Positions 17,888 to 27,363 of a DNA stretch of 36,595 nucleotides are shown here, one piece after another. Below the pieces are notes generated by a model that was not told the DNA's origin, did no database searches, and saw only the letters and a list, made by a program, of their open reading frames with translations. Position numbers and translations under genes: made by a program. The first letter of the stretch is position 1. Every line of letters begins with the position of its first letter. The DNA is from a virus (Duplodnaviria > Caudoviricetes), in IMG/VR virus record IMGVR_UViG_3300020598_000096, positions 1 to 36,595 of that record; one strand, 5' to 3'.

Positions 17888-19027
17888 ATGCCGAAGCAGC
17901 TTCAGCAAAATCACGGTCAAATGCGCACTCGGGCTTTCGCTCGTGTGCCTGCTTCTGTTGACGTCGAGAAGAAGAGCTTCGGTATCGTAATCTCGACAGA
18001 GACGCCCGTCCGCAGCTTCATCCGGAATCCTGCTCAGCCAAATATGAACGCCGACGACTCGTATATCGAAGTCGATGAGGTCCTTCTGACGTCTGGCCTG
18101 GACTTCAGTCGCACGGCCGGAATGCCACTGGTTGACTGCCATGACACCTTTTCTGGTGTGAACACGATCCTGGGCAAAGTCGATGATGTTCGTTCGGTCG
18201 GCACTGAAGTCCACGGAACGGCGGTTTTAAACAGCAGAAACTCCGACCTGATCACAGATATTAATGATGGTCATTACAATCAGATCAGCGCGGGCTACGG
18301 CGTAAATTCATACGAGATCGAGCATCGTGACGGCGACGTGCCTGTTGCCTATGCGACCTCATGGACACTGTATGAGGCGTCGCTCGTAGCCGTAGGCGCG
18401 GACCCGAACGCCAGCGTTCGTAGTGCTGGTCGCACTATCCCGGCTCCGAAACTTTCCTACCGCAATAAGCCAGTAACGGCGTCGAAGAATTCAACACGCG
18501 CTGCTGAGCGCATCAGACGAAAATTGGAGAAACGTACTATGAATGAAGAAGAACTCGTAGAGCTGGTAGAAGCTGCAGAAGCTGCTGCTGAGATCGTTGA
18601 AGAGGCGGTCACGGCTGTTGAGGCTGCCGTCGCGGAAATTGGTGACGATGTATCCGACGAGGTGCTTGAGCGCGTTCGTAAGCTCCGTGCTGAGAGCGAT
18701 GAAGAGCAGGAAGAGCGCAAGCGTAGCGACGACACCGAGGAAGAGCGCGGCAAGCGCAACGACGAAGAGGACAAGAAGGAAGAGGAAGAAATCCGTTCCA
18801 TCCGTTCTATCGCAAAGTCATACGGCCTTTCGAAAGCTGTCGATGACCTCGTAGCACTCGGTACTCGGTCGAAAGACCTCAAGGCGTCCATCCGCTCCGC
18901 GATCATGTCGAAGGCCATGAATGCAAATTCGGGTGCTCGGTCTGACATCGAGCCGAAGCCTGTCCGTAAGGAGCCGAAGCTGACGTCCGCTCGCGACATC
19001 TACGCGAAGCTGAACAAGCGCGCCTAA
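17888..19027 (+). CDS. Prohead maturation protease (HK97 type) fused to an acidic scaffold domain
   Basis: PLVDCH, ISAGY, LYEASLVAVGADPNA motifs; Glu-rich helical C-terminal half. Confidence 0.9.
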   Translation: MPKQLQQNHGQMRTRAFARVPASVDVEKKSFGIVISTETPVRSFIRNPAQPNMNADDSYIEVDEVLLTSGLDFSRTAGMPLVDCHDTFSGVNTILGKVDDVRSVGTEVHGTAVLNSRNSDLITDINDGHYNQISAGYGVNSYEIEHRDGDVPVAYATSWTLYEASLVAVGADPNASVRSAGRTIPAPKLSYRNKPVTASKNSTRAAERIRRKLEKRTMNEEELVELVEAAEAAAEIVEEAVTAVEAAVAEIGDDVSDEVLERVRKLRAESDEEQEERKRSDDTEEERGKRNDEEDKKEEEEIRSIRSIAKSYGLSKAVDDLVALGTRSKDLKASIRSAIMSKAMNANSGARSDIEPKPVRKEPKLTSARDIYAKLNKRA

Positions 19028-19063
19028 CCACTGTTCTTACAACCGATATTTTGGAGATTTTAG

Positions 19064-19450
19064 ATGACAAGATTTTATAAGCAGCGCGCCAACCTAGCGT
19101 TTCTTCTGATGGCAGCAAGCGGCGACCGTTCGTTTGAGGAGATCACTGTTGCGGCTTCGGAAACACCGTATGAATCCGGCACCATTCTCGTGAAGGGCGT
19201 AGATGGCGTCTATGCGGCACTGACCGCAGCGGACGTCACACCCAGCGAGGAAGGCGATGTCGATGTCGAGATCGCGATCCTCGCGGCGCGCACCGTCTTC
19301 CAGTCTGATGACGAAGCAACTGACGCACCAGCTCTAGCCGTTGTTCGAGATGCCACGGTCAAGTCGTTCGAACTCGGGTTGCCGGAAGACGTCACCGTCG
19401 CCGACGTCCAGCCATATCTGGAGCGTCAAGGCCTCATCCTTCGCGGCTAA
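19064..19450 (+). CDS. Head decoration protein (gpD-like)
   Basis: RSFEEITV...YESGTIL, AVVRDATV, GLILR; directly before the capsid gene. Confidence 0.85.
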   Translation: MTRFYKQRANLAFLLMAASGDRSFEEITVAASETPYESGTILVKGVDGVYAALTAADVTPSEEGDVDVEIAILAARTVFQSDDEATDAPALAVVRDATVKSFELGLPEDVTVADVQPYLERQGLILRG

Positions 19451-19456
19451 TCGTTA

Positions 19457-19471
19457 GAACAAAACGCAAAC
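19457..19471 (+). promoter_or_regulatory. Near-consensus alphaproteobacterial LexA box upstream of the major capsid gene
   Basis: GAAC-AAAACGC-AAAC, one mismatch to GAAC-N7-GAAC; shares TAGAACAAAA with the box at 33278. Confidence 0.5.
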
Positions 19472-19488
19472 ATATTTTGGAGATTTAG

Positions 19489-20490
19489 ATGGAACTCAAT
19501 AACATTTTGAATAGCGGCAACGAGCTGTTTTCCAAGGTTGCTCTGACCGATTACGCGGTAAGCCAGCCATACGTGCCTGATCTCGTATCTAAGTGGCTGC
19601 CATGGCATAGTGAAGGCGTTCACCTTCCGACTGTCGCCATCGATTTCACGGACGGCACACTCGATCTGATTCCTGAAGCCGTTCGCGGTGCACCTGGTGA
19701 TGCTCCCGAGCGCGACACTGACAGCTCTGTCATCGTCAAAATTCCACACTATCCGCAGCAAGACGTGCTCCTTGCTACCCAGTTTGAGGGCATTCGTGCG
19801 GCTGGGTCGGAACTGCTTGTGACGGTTGAAGGTGAACGGAACAAGCTGATCTCCAAATTCAGCAGGCGCAATAAGCTGATGTGGGAAGTTTCTCGGATCG
19901 GTGCCATCACTGGAAAGCTCTTGAACAGCAAGGGCCAAATTTCCAAAAACTGGTACAAGGAATTCGGCGTCCAGCAGACGAAGGCTGTTATCGACTTCGC
20001 GTCTTCGAACACGAAGCTGCGCACCGAGCTGGTAAAGGCAAAGGACAAGTCTGAGGACAACCTCGGCGAGTTCACTGCGGACCACTTCATCCTCATCGCA
20101 GGGAAGAACGCGTTTCCGTTGATCACGGATCATCCTAACTTTGAGAAAATTTTCGAGCGTCACAACGACGGTGCGATGCTGCGAGATGACATCTCTGGCG
20201 GCTTCCAGATCGCGTCGAATATCACGATGGTCAAGTACACGCGCAATAAGGTCGGCTCTCAGACGATTTTCGGCGACGATGACATGTACCTCGTCCCAAT
20301 TGTGGATGGGATGTTTCAGACCCGATTTGGTCCGGGAACGGGCATGAGTGACCTCGGTGCTATCGGCCTTCCGGAATACGTCTCTCCGCACGACCTTCCG
20401 CACGACGAAGGCGTCGAGCTGAAGGCTCAGACCAACGTCATCAGCTGGGCTCAGCGCCTTCAGGCAATCGTCAAAATCGAAGCCAAGTGA
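19489..20490 (+). CDS. Major capsid protein (lambda gpE family)
   Basis: 333 aa; RGAPG, IPHYP, RIGAITGKLL, FQTRFGP, GVELKAQTN; position after the decoration gene. Confidence 0.92.
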   Translation: MELNNILNSGNELFSKVALTDYAVSQPYVPDLVSKWLPWHSEGVHLPTVAIDFTDGTLDLIPEAVRGAPGDAPERDTDSSVIVKIPHYPQQDVLLATQFEGIRAAGSELLVTVEGERNKLISKFSRRNKLMWEVSRIGAITGKLLNSKGQISKNWYKEFGVQQTKAVIDFASSNTKLRTELVKAKDKSEDNLGEFTADHFILIAGKNAFPLITDHPNFEKIFERHNDGAMLRDDISGGFQIASNITMVKYTRNKVGSQTIFGDDDMYLVPIVDGMFQTRFGPGTGMSDLGAIGLPEYVSPHDLPHDEGVELKAQTNVISWAQRLQAIVKIEAK

Positions 20491-20498
20491 TCCCATAT

Positions 20499-20570
20499 TG
20501 CCCGCGCTTCTCCTCTGGCGCGGGCATCAAGCCGGGGGCGGGTGGCTCCTTCTCGCCCTCGGTTTCTATT
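20499..20570 (+). terminator. Double hairpin after the capsid gene
   Basis: TGCCCGCGC/GCGCGGGCA (20499-20526), then GCCGGGGGCGGG/CTCGCCCTCGGT (20531-20563) followed by TTCTATT. Confidence 0.65.
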
Positions 20571-20599
20571 CGGAGCCAGATATTTTTAGGAGATTTTAG

Positions 20600-20929
20600 A
20601 TGTCCATTCCTGTCGTAAAAACGGCCATTGCGCCATCAGGCGGCATGCCAGCGCACCCCGCGCCGAGCGCCGTTTCCATGAACGTGAGCCAGATTTCTTT
20701 AGACGCGGAGACGCCAGCATCGCACACTGTTGCCACGTCGACTTCGCTCATCCAGCTGTATCCGACATCGGACGTCCTCTTTTATACGGACAAGGAAGGC
20801 GAACCTTTCACTCCCGATTTTGGCATGCCTCTAGCTGCTGGCGGGTATTACAGCTTCTCGGTTGACGCCGGATGCATGCTCCATTTCAGCGCCGAGAAGG
20901 CTGCTCTCATCTACGTACTGGAGGGCTGA
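20600..20929 (+). CDS. Hypothetical beta-rich virion protein (possible head-spike base)
   Basis: 109 aa; late-type RBS AGGAGATTTTAG. Confidence 0.75.
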   Translation: MSIPVVKTAIAPSGGMPAHPAPSAVSMNVSQISLDAETPASHTVATSTSLIQLYPTSDVLFYTDKEGEPFTPDFGMPLAAGGYYSFSVDAGCMLHFSAEKAALIYVLEG

Positions 20930-20933
20930 AGCC

Positions 20934-21236
20934 ATGCTGAATCCCATCCTTCCAAGATCAACATCAAGCGGCGGAGAACCGCTCACGTCAGCAGACTTCC
21001 CCGAGGCTGACGTCATCGTCGGCGAGGACAAAGTGCTGCTTGTAATCGAAGACGAGTTTGCTTCGGCGCCCGTCAACAAATTGTTCGCGCCCATCATGAA
21101 TCTCATCGACGGACTGCAGGATCAGATCGACAACATCGAACCCGGTGGGTCGGCACCTGCGCAATATAGCTCGTCAACAAATCTAAGCACGTCGGGCTTG
21201 GCGTCCGGTGCACCAGAAGTTTCAGACCAGGAGTAA
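20934..21236 (+). CDS. Hypothetical acidic virion protein
   Basis: GGAGG RBS before ATG 20934; short coiled coil LIDGLQDQIDNI; fills the operon gap. Confidence 0.65.
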   Translation: MLNPILPRSTSSGGEPLTSADFPEADVIVGEDKVLLVIEDEFASAPVNKLFAPIMNLIDGLQDQIDNIEPGGSAPAQYSSSTNLSTSGLASGAPEVSDQE

Positions 21237-21241
21237 TTTTC

Positions 21242-22594
21242 ATGACGATTCAAATGATCAACGTCGGCAGCGGTCCTAACGCGCAGGATGCAGACAGCAT
21301 CCGCGATGGCCTCACAAAAGTGAATTCGAACTTCCTGCAAGTCGACAACCGCTTGAAGAAACTGGAACGCTCGGCTCACCCGTTCGGCGCTTACGAAGAC
21401 CCAGGTTTCCCCCCATTTCCGGCTTTCACATATGGCGATAGGGCATGGGAAGGCTATACGTCGGTGGGCAGAATTCACGAAATTGACGGTCTGAGTGCGG
21501 CGAATATAACCGCTGGAGCTAGGATTTTTGCGATGTCGGCGACAAGGTATTTGCTCGTCGCAATCAACAATTCGAGCTTGATTGTGAAGGTCTTCGAGCT
21601 GAGCGAAAACGGACTTACGAAGTCTGCTGAACAGACAACATCCGTCGGGTCCTCAGCACGCTTATTTTCTGTTGCCGTCATCTCAGTGAACTTCGCGAAG
21701 ATTTTCTATGTCACTACGTCCGGCTCATCTACCATCCAGTATGCAATCGAAGTCGATTTTACTGACGGAGTTTTGAACATAGGAGCAGTTCAAACCTCTG
21801 GTGCCATAAGCACAGCATCCAGCGTCATAACGCCGTCAAACAACTCGCGGGCTGCATTGCTTAATAGCTCATCCGCGATTTCATTCTATCGTGGCGGGAC
21901 GACTGGCATCGGGCACCTCTGGGTGAGCAGGTATCAAACAGGGCAGGGACTAAATAGGCATCTCGACACTGCTATCGGCATGTCTTTTGCAGGAACGTCT
22001 ACAAGCAATCCTTCTTATGACTACCTGAGCGAAGAGCGTTTCATCATTGCGTACGTCAGCAGCACCATTGACAGCGGCGATATAAAGCTCGGCATCTCCG
22101 TTGTAGAAGCCGACGACGGCCAGGTGAAGGTCCTTGGCACGACTCATTTCATGAGCGACGTCGCTGGTGGCATCTCTGTTTTCTCGCTCTCTCCGTCGCT
22201 TGCTATCGTGTCGTGGCAGGCTGGTGGCGTCCATCGCACAATCTCCGTAGGCATCAATGGTGATGGCCAACCATATCTGCTTGGCCCGGCATCAAGCTCT
22301 GGCGCATCTGGCACGCCACTCATTTGCGGCACACCCTTTGGCCAGACGTTGCTTCTGGCAGGCTCATGGCCTACGCCTGCAGATCCCGGTCGTCTTGTCC
22401 AGCTGGGAGTTGATACCGACACAGGTGTCATCACAGAGTCGGGCTCCATTGATTACGACATGTCCTGGGCAGCGGCTCAGGGCAAATGGCACGATATGAT
22501 CCGCTTGGGCGAGAACAGGGTGCTGATAGCCGCGACGCCGACAGTGTCTCCGTACGGCGTCGTTCTCGATGTTCTTGATTTGGACGTCGCATGA
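21242..22594 (+). CDS. Fibre/spike protein with a T4 gp9/gp10-like N-terminal anchor and probable beta-propeller
   Basis: INVGSGPNAQDADSIRDGLTKVNSNF resembles the INxG...DxLRxxFxKxNxNF fibre motif; repeated beta blades (MSATRYLLV, LSEERFIIAY, LSPSLAIVSW, LGENRVLIA). Confidence 0.7.
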   Translation: MTIQMINVGSGPNAQDADSIRDGLTKVNSNFLQVDNRLKKLERSAHPFGAYEDPGFPPFPAFTYGDRAWEGYTSVGRIHEIDGLSAANITAGARIFAMSATRYLLVAINNSSLIVKVFELSENGLTKSAEQTTSVGSSARLFSVAVISVNFAKIFYVTTSGSSTIQYAIEVDFTDGVLNIGAVQTSGAISTASSVITPSNNSRAALLNSSSAISFYRGGTTGIGHLWVSRYQTGQGLNRHLDTAIGMSFAGTSTSNPSYDYLSEERFIIAYVSSTIDSGDIKLGISVVEADDGQVKVLGTTHFMSDVAGGISVFSLSPSLAIVSWQAGGVHRTISVGINGDGQPYLLGPASSSGASGTPLICGTPFGQTLLLAGSWPTPADPGRLVQLGVDTDTGVITESGSIDYDMSWAAAQGKWHDMIRLGENRVLIAATPTVSPYGVVLDVLDLDVA

Positions 22595-22956
22595 CCAAAC
22601 ACCCAGCATTCAAGCATCTAGCACGGACTGCTCACCGCGTTTTCAAAGAGCGCGGTGAGCATTTTTGGCGACCCTATGATCACGGAAACCAACTTCCGAT
22701 AAGTCTTATTTTCAATGACTCATACGCTCCTGTAGATGCCGCTGGGGTGCAGGTGGAAGAGGCCCAACCGACGGCATTTATCCTCATCGATGATGCCCGA
22801 CGTCTGGCACCGCATCGTGTAGATGTTGCTCTCGACATCCTGTTTTCAAACCGCGACGAACTGGAAATCAATGGCGTCGGATACGGCGTGGAATCTTGCA
22901 GAAGCGATGGCTACGCTCAGTTGGAGATCAAGCTTTACAGGAAATCTGACGACTAA
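22591..22956 (+). CDS. Head closure / head-tail attachment protein (gpFII-like)
   Basis: DELEINGVGYGVE...DGY pattern; synteny; ATGA overlap. Confidence 0.7.
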   Translation: MTKHPAFKHLARTAHRVFKERGEHFWRPYDHGNQLPISLIFNDSYAPVDAAGVQVEEAQPTAFILIDDARRLAPHRVDVALDILFSNRDELEINGVGYGVESCRSDGYAQLEIKLYRKSDD

Positions 22957-23420
22957 TGACGCATGTAAGAAAGCAAGTTCGTGATGGTGTGAAGGGCGTT
23001 CTCAAGACGCTGCCCGCTCTCTCATCCGTGCATTCTGAGAGCCGTCTTTATCGCTCTGCGCAGCGGACCGAGTTTCCGATGGCGCTGGTGTCGGTTTCCG
23101 AAAATGTGGAGCTGGCGGATCGCAATCCGGTCGGCAACAGGGTCCTCCAACGCAACATGAATATTGTCGTCACGCTAGCTGTCCGTGACAGCAACGAAGA
23201 CGCCGAAGACCTGCTGGATGGGCTGGCGGCCGACGTCGAAAAGGCGCTCCTGATGCCGTCCAGTGTTGGTGCCGGAAAGCTCATGCATTGGCGTTTTACA
23301 GGTGCCGGAGCGATGACAGGCGAGCCGACGGGAGACGGGGTTATCGTCGTCCAGCCTCTGAATTTCAGTTGCTCGATTTTGACCAGGGACAGTGACCCAA
23401 CAACGAATTTACACCAATAG
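22956..23420 (+). CDS. Tail terminator protein (gpU-like)
   Basis: HVRKQVRD start, AEDLLDGLAADVEKAL; directly before the tail tube gene. Confidence 0.75.
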   Translation: MTHVRKQVRDGVKGVLKTLPALSSVHSESRLYRSAQRTEFPMALVSVSENVELADRNPVGNRVLQRNMNIVVTLAVRDSNEDAEDLLDGLAADVEKALLMPSSVGAGKLMHWRFTGAGAMTGEPTGDGVIVVQPLNFSCSILTRDSDPTTNLHQ

Positions 23421-23437
23421 TTTTTTGGAGACCGAAA

Positions 23438-24226
23438 ATGGCAACATATGCATTTCAGCAGATCACAGATGCTCAGAGGATTTCGGGCGGTCAAGTCGCT
23501 TTCAAGCCTAAGGGCTCGAACAAATACGTCAGCCTCGGCTCGTGCCCATCTGTTGAGTTCACCCCGAATATCACTGAGGTAGAAAGCTACAGCGCCGAAT
23601 TCGGTGACAGACGTCTGATTGGCAGCTGGGCCGTGGGCAAGGACGGCACTATCAATCTGACAGTCGAATCGTGGACGGAGATCCTGTATCAGGCGCTCTT
23701 CATGTCTGAGAAGAAGTACATCAAGCAAGCGGCAGTAACTTCGGCAACGATGACCATCGAAGACGTGGCTGTGGGCGACATCTTCAAGATCGACGGCATG
23801 AACCCTATCATCGTTGAAATCACCGACGGCGATACAGGTTCACTGGTCGAGGATGAGCATTATACGGTTCACCGCACCGGTTTCGTAGAAGTCATCGCGT
23901 TGCCTGAGGGTTTTGGGTCGGATGCCATTGTCGAATACGAGCTGCCTGAGATCACGGAAGCCGACAAGCTTCTCGACCTTGGCATCATGGCGATGTCCGG
24001 CGTTCGCGGCGAACTCGTCGTTGTAGGTGTCGTCGCGGACGGCATGCCGGGCTCGGAAACGGAGCAGACATACTGGGACGTCGAACTTCGCCCGAGCGGC
24101 GCGGTGCCGTCTATTGACACCGAAAATTTGAACAGTGCCACGCTCACAGGCCGCGTTTTCGCGACGTCAGGCAAGGGTGCTGGCAAGTCCTACGGGCAGA
24201 TGCGCTCGATTCCCAAGGCTGCTTAA
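23438..24226 (+). CDS. Major tail tube protein
   Basis: 262 aa acidic; LGSCPSVEFTP and VELRPSG patterns; synteny. Confidence 0.8.
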   Translation: MATYAFQQITDAQRISGGQVAFKPKGSNKYVSLGSCPSVEFTPNITEVESYSAEFGDRRLIGSWAVGKDGTINLTVESWTEILYQALFMSEKKYIKQAAVTSATMTIEDVAVGDIFKIDGMNPIIVEITDGDTGSLVEDEHYTVHRTGFVEVIALPEGFGSDAIVEYELPEITEADKLLDLGIMAMSGVRGELVVVGVVADGMPGSETEQTYWDVELRPSGAVPSIDTENLNSATLTGRVFATSGKGAGKSYGQMRSIPKAA

Positions 24227-24295
24227 CGGCCTTCCGACGGCGGTGTCTTAGCTGCCGTCTCATGATTTTCATAGTTCATTTCAAGGAGCAATTTT

Positions 24296-24751
24296 ATGAA
24301 CGCGATTGTAAAACCGGACGTCAAATCTATCGACGACCTACTGACTGCGGTCGACCATTCCTACCAAGACGTCGAGATCCTCGGCATGGTCATCAAGCTG
24401 CGACCAGTGACCATCTTGGAATGCCTTCGGCTGGTCAAACGCTTTCCGAAGCTTATGGATCTGTTTGAACCGAAGACGGACAAGGATGGCAACATCCTTC
24501 CGGACGAGATGCAGCCATCGCTGCTCTCGGTATTCCTCGATTCAGGTGTCGACGCCGCTGCTGCGTTCATCGCGTGTTCTGCTGGTCGCGAGGGCGACGT
24601 CGGCTTTGAGCAGACCATCGCAACGAAGCCCGACGACCTGACGCTCGCGCTCTTCTCATCTGCTGTGCAAGTGACCTTGGGCGAGGGGTCGCTCGACGAT
24701 TTTTTTACGAAGATTACGTCGGCTCTCAGCAGCGTTTTCCCAGCAAGATAA
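24296..24751 (+). CDS. Tail assembly chaperone (gpG-like)
   Basis: Between tube and tape measure genes; ends shortly after GAT TTT TTT ACG. Confidence 0.8.
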   Translation: MNAIVKPDVKSIDDLLTAVDHSYQDVEILGMVIKLRPVTILECLRLVKRFPKLMDLFEPKTDKDGNILPDEMQPSLLSVFLDSGVDAAAAFIACSAGREGDVGFEQTIATKPDDLTLALFSSAVQVTLGEGSLDDFFTKITSALSSVFPAR

Positions 24752-24996
24752 GACTGCCGAAGCCGATTAGGAAAGGCGGCCTCAATTTGACTGGGTCGCT
24801 CGTCGGGCTCGTGAAAGACGCCATCAGCTTCGAAAACCAGACCGGAATTTCAGGCTTAAATCTTTCACCACGCCAGCTCATGATGAGGCTACGCGTTCTC
24901 CGCCGCGACCAGAAACGGCAGCAAATCCAATTGGCCGAAGCGTTCCTGGTAGCGAATTCTGGAGACAAAAAGATATGGGATGAGTTCGTAAAGTGA
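24700..24996 (+). CDS. -1 frameshift extension of the tail chaperone (gpGT-like)
   Basis: Slippery T TTT TTT at 24700-24706; the -1 frame is open to TGA at 24994-24996, overlapping the tape measure GTG. Confidence 0.75.
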   Translation, partial: FFYEDYVGSQQRFPSKIRLPKPIRKGGLNLTGSLVGLVKDAISFENQTGISGLNLSPRQLMMRLRVLRRDQKRQQIQLAEAFLVANSGDKKIWDEFVK

Positions 24997-27362
24997 GCAA
25001 CGTGACGCCGGAAATCAGGACCAAATTCAGCTTGGGCGGCATGTCCGAGGCGGCATCTGGTTTTCGCAAATTTCAGCAGAACGCCCGCGAGTCTATCAAC
25101 AACATCAAGCAGACCGGTGCTAAGGCCCTTGAGCCATTCCAAAAAGATATCGAGAAGTCGAAGCGTGCACTTACCAGCCTAAAAGCGGCTTCCGTGACAG
25201 TCGGTCGCGTTGGCTTCGGAGGTCTTCAGAAAAGTGCGCAGACAGCTTTCAAAGGCATCACTGTCGGCGCGGCGTCTGCCGTAGCTGCACTCGCTGGTGT
25301 GTCGGCCGCTGCCATCAAAATGAGCAGGGATACGTCGGCCGAGTGGGACAAGATCTCCAAGCAATCGAGAGCGCTCGGTGTGTCGCCAGAAGACCTCAGC
25401 GTGCTCGGATTCGCGGGCGCTCAGGAAGGAGTACCCGGAGACGAGATCGTGAAAGGTCTCGCTAAGATTGGCAACGAATTCCTTGGCATCAGGCAGAAAA
25501 TCACGGAAGCCGATGACGCATTTTCGTCGTTTCGTGACAATGCTCGCAAAGAAGGTCTTCTTTCATATCGGATGGGCGATGTTCAGGGACTGACGTCTGC
25601 AGGCGAGGCCGTGGGGCAAGCTCGGATGTCGTCACTGGCTGGCGTCCAGGAGCGTCAGGCAACGCTCAGAGACTATATCGCTCGTGCTCAACCGTATGAA
25701 AACCGGAACATTCAGACACAGCATTTCGTGCATGGTCTACGCCGCGAGCTAGCCGAGCTTGAGAAAGCCGAGGTATCGATAAAGAGGTCGTTTGGACCCG
25801 TTGGTGAAGCGCTTTTCGGACTTGAAAAGTATGGGCTGGACGTCGAGAAAGCTTCGAAGGGCGGCATGGAAGGTCTTCTCGCGCTTTCAGACGCTATGCG
25901 CCGTGTAGAAGATCCAACGCAGCGATTACGGTTTGCTATCCAGCTTTTCGGTGAAGACGCGGGCGCGAAGATGGTGCCCCTCCTTGAAGGCGGACGCTCA
26001 GCAATTGAAGACTACCGTCGCGAGCTTGAGCGTCTGGGCGGCGTCGTGACGTCGAAAGATGCCCAAATAGGTGCTGCGTACTCTACCGCGTCTGAGAATT
26101 TCAGTAGATCGATAGCAGGCGTCCGGCTTGCGGTAGCTCGTGAAGTGCTTCCTTTGCTCACTGAATCCACGGACGCGATGACGGAGTTTTTGGTGCGTTA
26201 TCGGGAGAGGATTGCGGACGTCTTCAAAGCCGGATTTGTGTATGTCAGGAACTTTATCACGGACATCGTCGATGCATTCAACGGTAAGAGAAGTGGCTTC
26301 AAGACAGGCTGGCTCGACGTCCTTTTCGACAAGCTCAAGACGGCACGCGCATTCATCTCGGATATGTACAACGAGGTCAGGAAGCTGTGGAGCGGCGAAA
26401 ACTCGCGTTTCGAATGGCTTAACAAAATACGCGATGGCATCCAGACGGCGATCAAGTTCGTCAAAGATTTGTATGCGATCCTTCGCGGTCAGTCTGCGTC
26501 CGAATTCAAGTGGCTGAACGACATCAGAGACCAGGCTAAGGCTTTCGGAGCCGATTTCACAGCTGCGCTGGAGATGGTAAAGGGTGTCCTTTCCGCTATC
26601 CACGCCCTTCTTGAACCCATAGCCAATCTGTTTGGCACCAACGTCACAACGATGCTGTTGTTCGTCGGAATGGCCAAATTCATCGGGCTTTTTGGTGCTG
26701 CTACAACGGCTGTCGGCGTGCTGGGGAAAGCCATCGGTGCGCTCTTCGCTATGGGCGGCGGTGGCGCTCTGGCCAAAGGTATAGCCGGAATTGCGACAGC
26801 AGCTGGCGCGACGTCGGCCGTGGGCGGTGTAGCTGGCGGTGTCGCGGCAGGTGGTGCAGCTCGTGCTGCGGGCGCGATGTCTCTGGGAGCGAGGGCAGGG
26901 GTGTTAGGTGCTGCGGTTGTTGGTGGTGGTCTCATTGGCCACTACGGCGCGAACAAACTTTATGAAGTCTCGGGTGCGAAGTCGGCGGCTGACCGCCGCT
27001 GGCAGGAAAACATCAAAAATATTCGGACGTCTATGGACGCGTCGTTCGACCGCCATTTCATGATGTGGGACGATAAGCGAAAAGGCGATTATTTCAGATC
27101 GCGTGGCATCAACACGCAGATGGGATTGCCTGATCCAAACTTATTGCCAGGCGGTGTAATCGACGTCTGGTCAAGTGCTGGTATGCGCGCCCCAAGCGCG
27201 GAGATGACCAAATACTATGCGGAGAAATCGAAGGGCTCTCGTGAGACGGTAGACGTCAACTTGAACATGAACGGCCGCAACCTTGGCACACTTCAAGCTG
27301 ACGCCTTAACTGCCCGGAAACTCAAGCAAAACCTCTACAGCATGCAACATGGAGGAGCTTGA
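24993..27362 (+). CDS. Tail tape measure protein
   Basis: 789 aa helical, Ala/Gly-rich; LFGEDAGAKMVPLLEGG motif, WL repeats, hydrophobic segment. Confidence 0.9.
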   Translation: MSNVTPEIRTKFSLGGMSEAASGFRKFQQNARESINNIKQTGAKALEPFQKDIEKSKRALTSLKAASVTVGRVGFGGLQKSAQTAFKGITVGAASAVAALAGVSAAAIKMSRDTSAEWDKISKQSRALGVSPEDLSVLGFAGAQEGVPGDEIVKGLAKIGNEFLGIRQKITEADDAFSSFRDNARKEGLLSYRMGDVQGLTSAGEAVGQARMSSLAGVQERQATLRDYIARAQPYENRNIQTQHFVHGLRRELAELEKAEVSIKRSFGPVGEALFGLEKYGLDVEKASKGGMEGLLALSDAMRRVEDPTQRLRFAIQLFGEDAGAKMVPLLEGGRSAIEDYRRELERLGGVVTSKDAQIGAAYSTASENFSRSIAGVRLAVAREVLPLLTESTDAMTEFLVRYRERIADVFKAGFVYVRNFITDIVDAFNGKRSGFKTGWLDVLFDKLKTARAFISDMYNEVRKLWSGENSRFEWLNKIRDGIQTAIKFVKDLYAILRGQSASEFKWLNDIRDQAKAFGADFTAALEMVKGVLSAIHALLEPIANLFGTNVTTMLLFVGMAKFIGLFGAATTAVGVLGKAIGALFAMGGGGALAKGIAGIATAAGATSAVGGVAGGVAAGGAARAAGAMSLGARAGVLGAAVVGGGLIGHYGANKLYEVSGAKSAADRRWQENIKNIRTSMDASFDRHFMMWDDKRKGDYFRSRGINTQMGLPDPNLLPGGVIDVWSSAGMRAPSAEMTKYYAEKSKGSRETVDVNLNMNGRNLGTLQADALTARKLKQNLYSMQHGGA

Positions 27363-27363
27363 T

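Noticed and set aside
19447-20496. 349 aa antisense ORF over the capsid gene (also 23048-23728, 25998-26603, 31321-31920)
   Set aside because: Shadow ORFs opposite well-supported genes, with no recognisable motifs.
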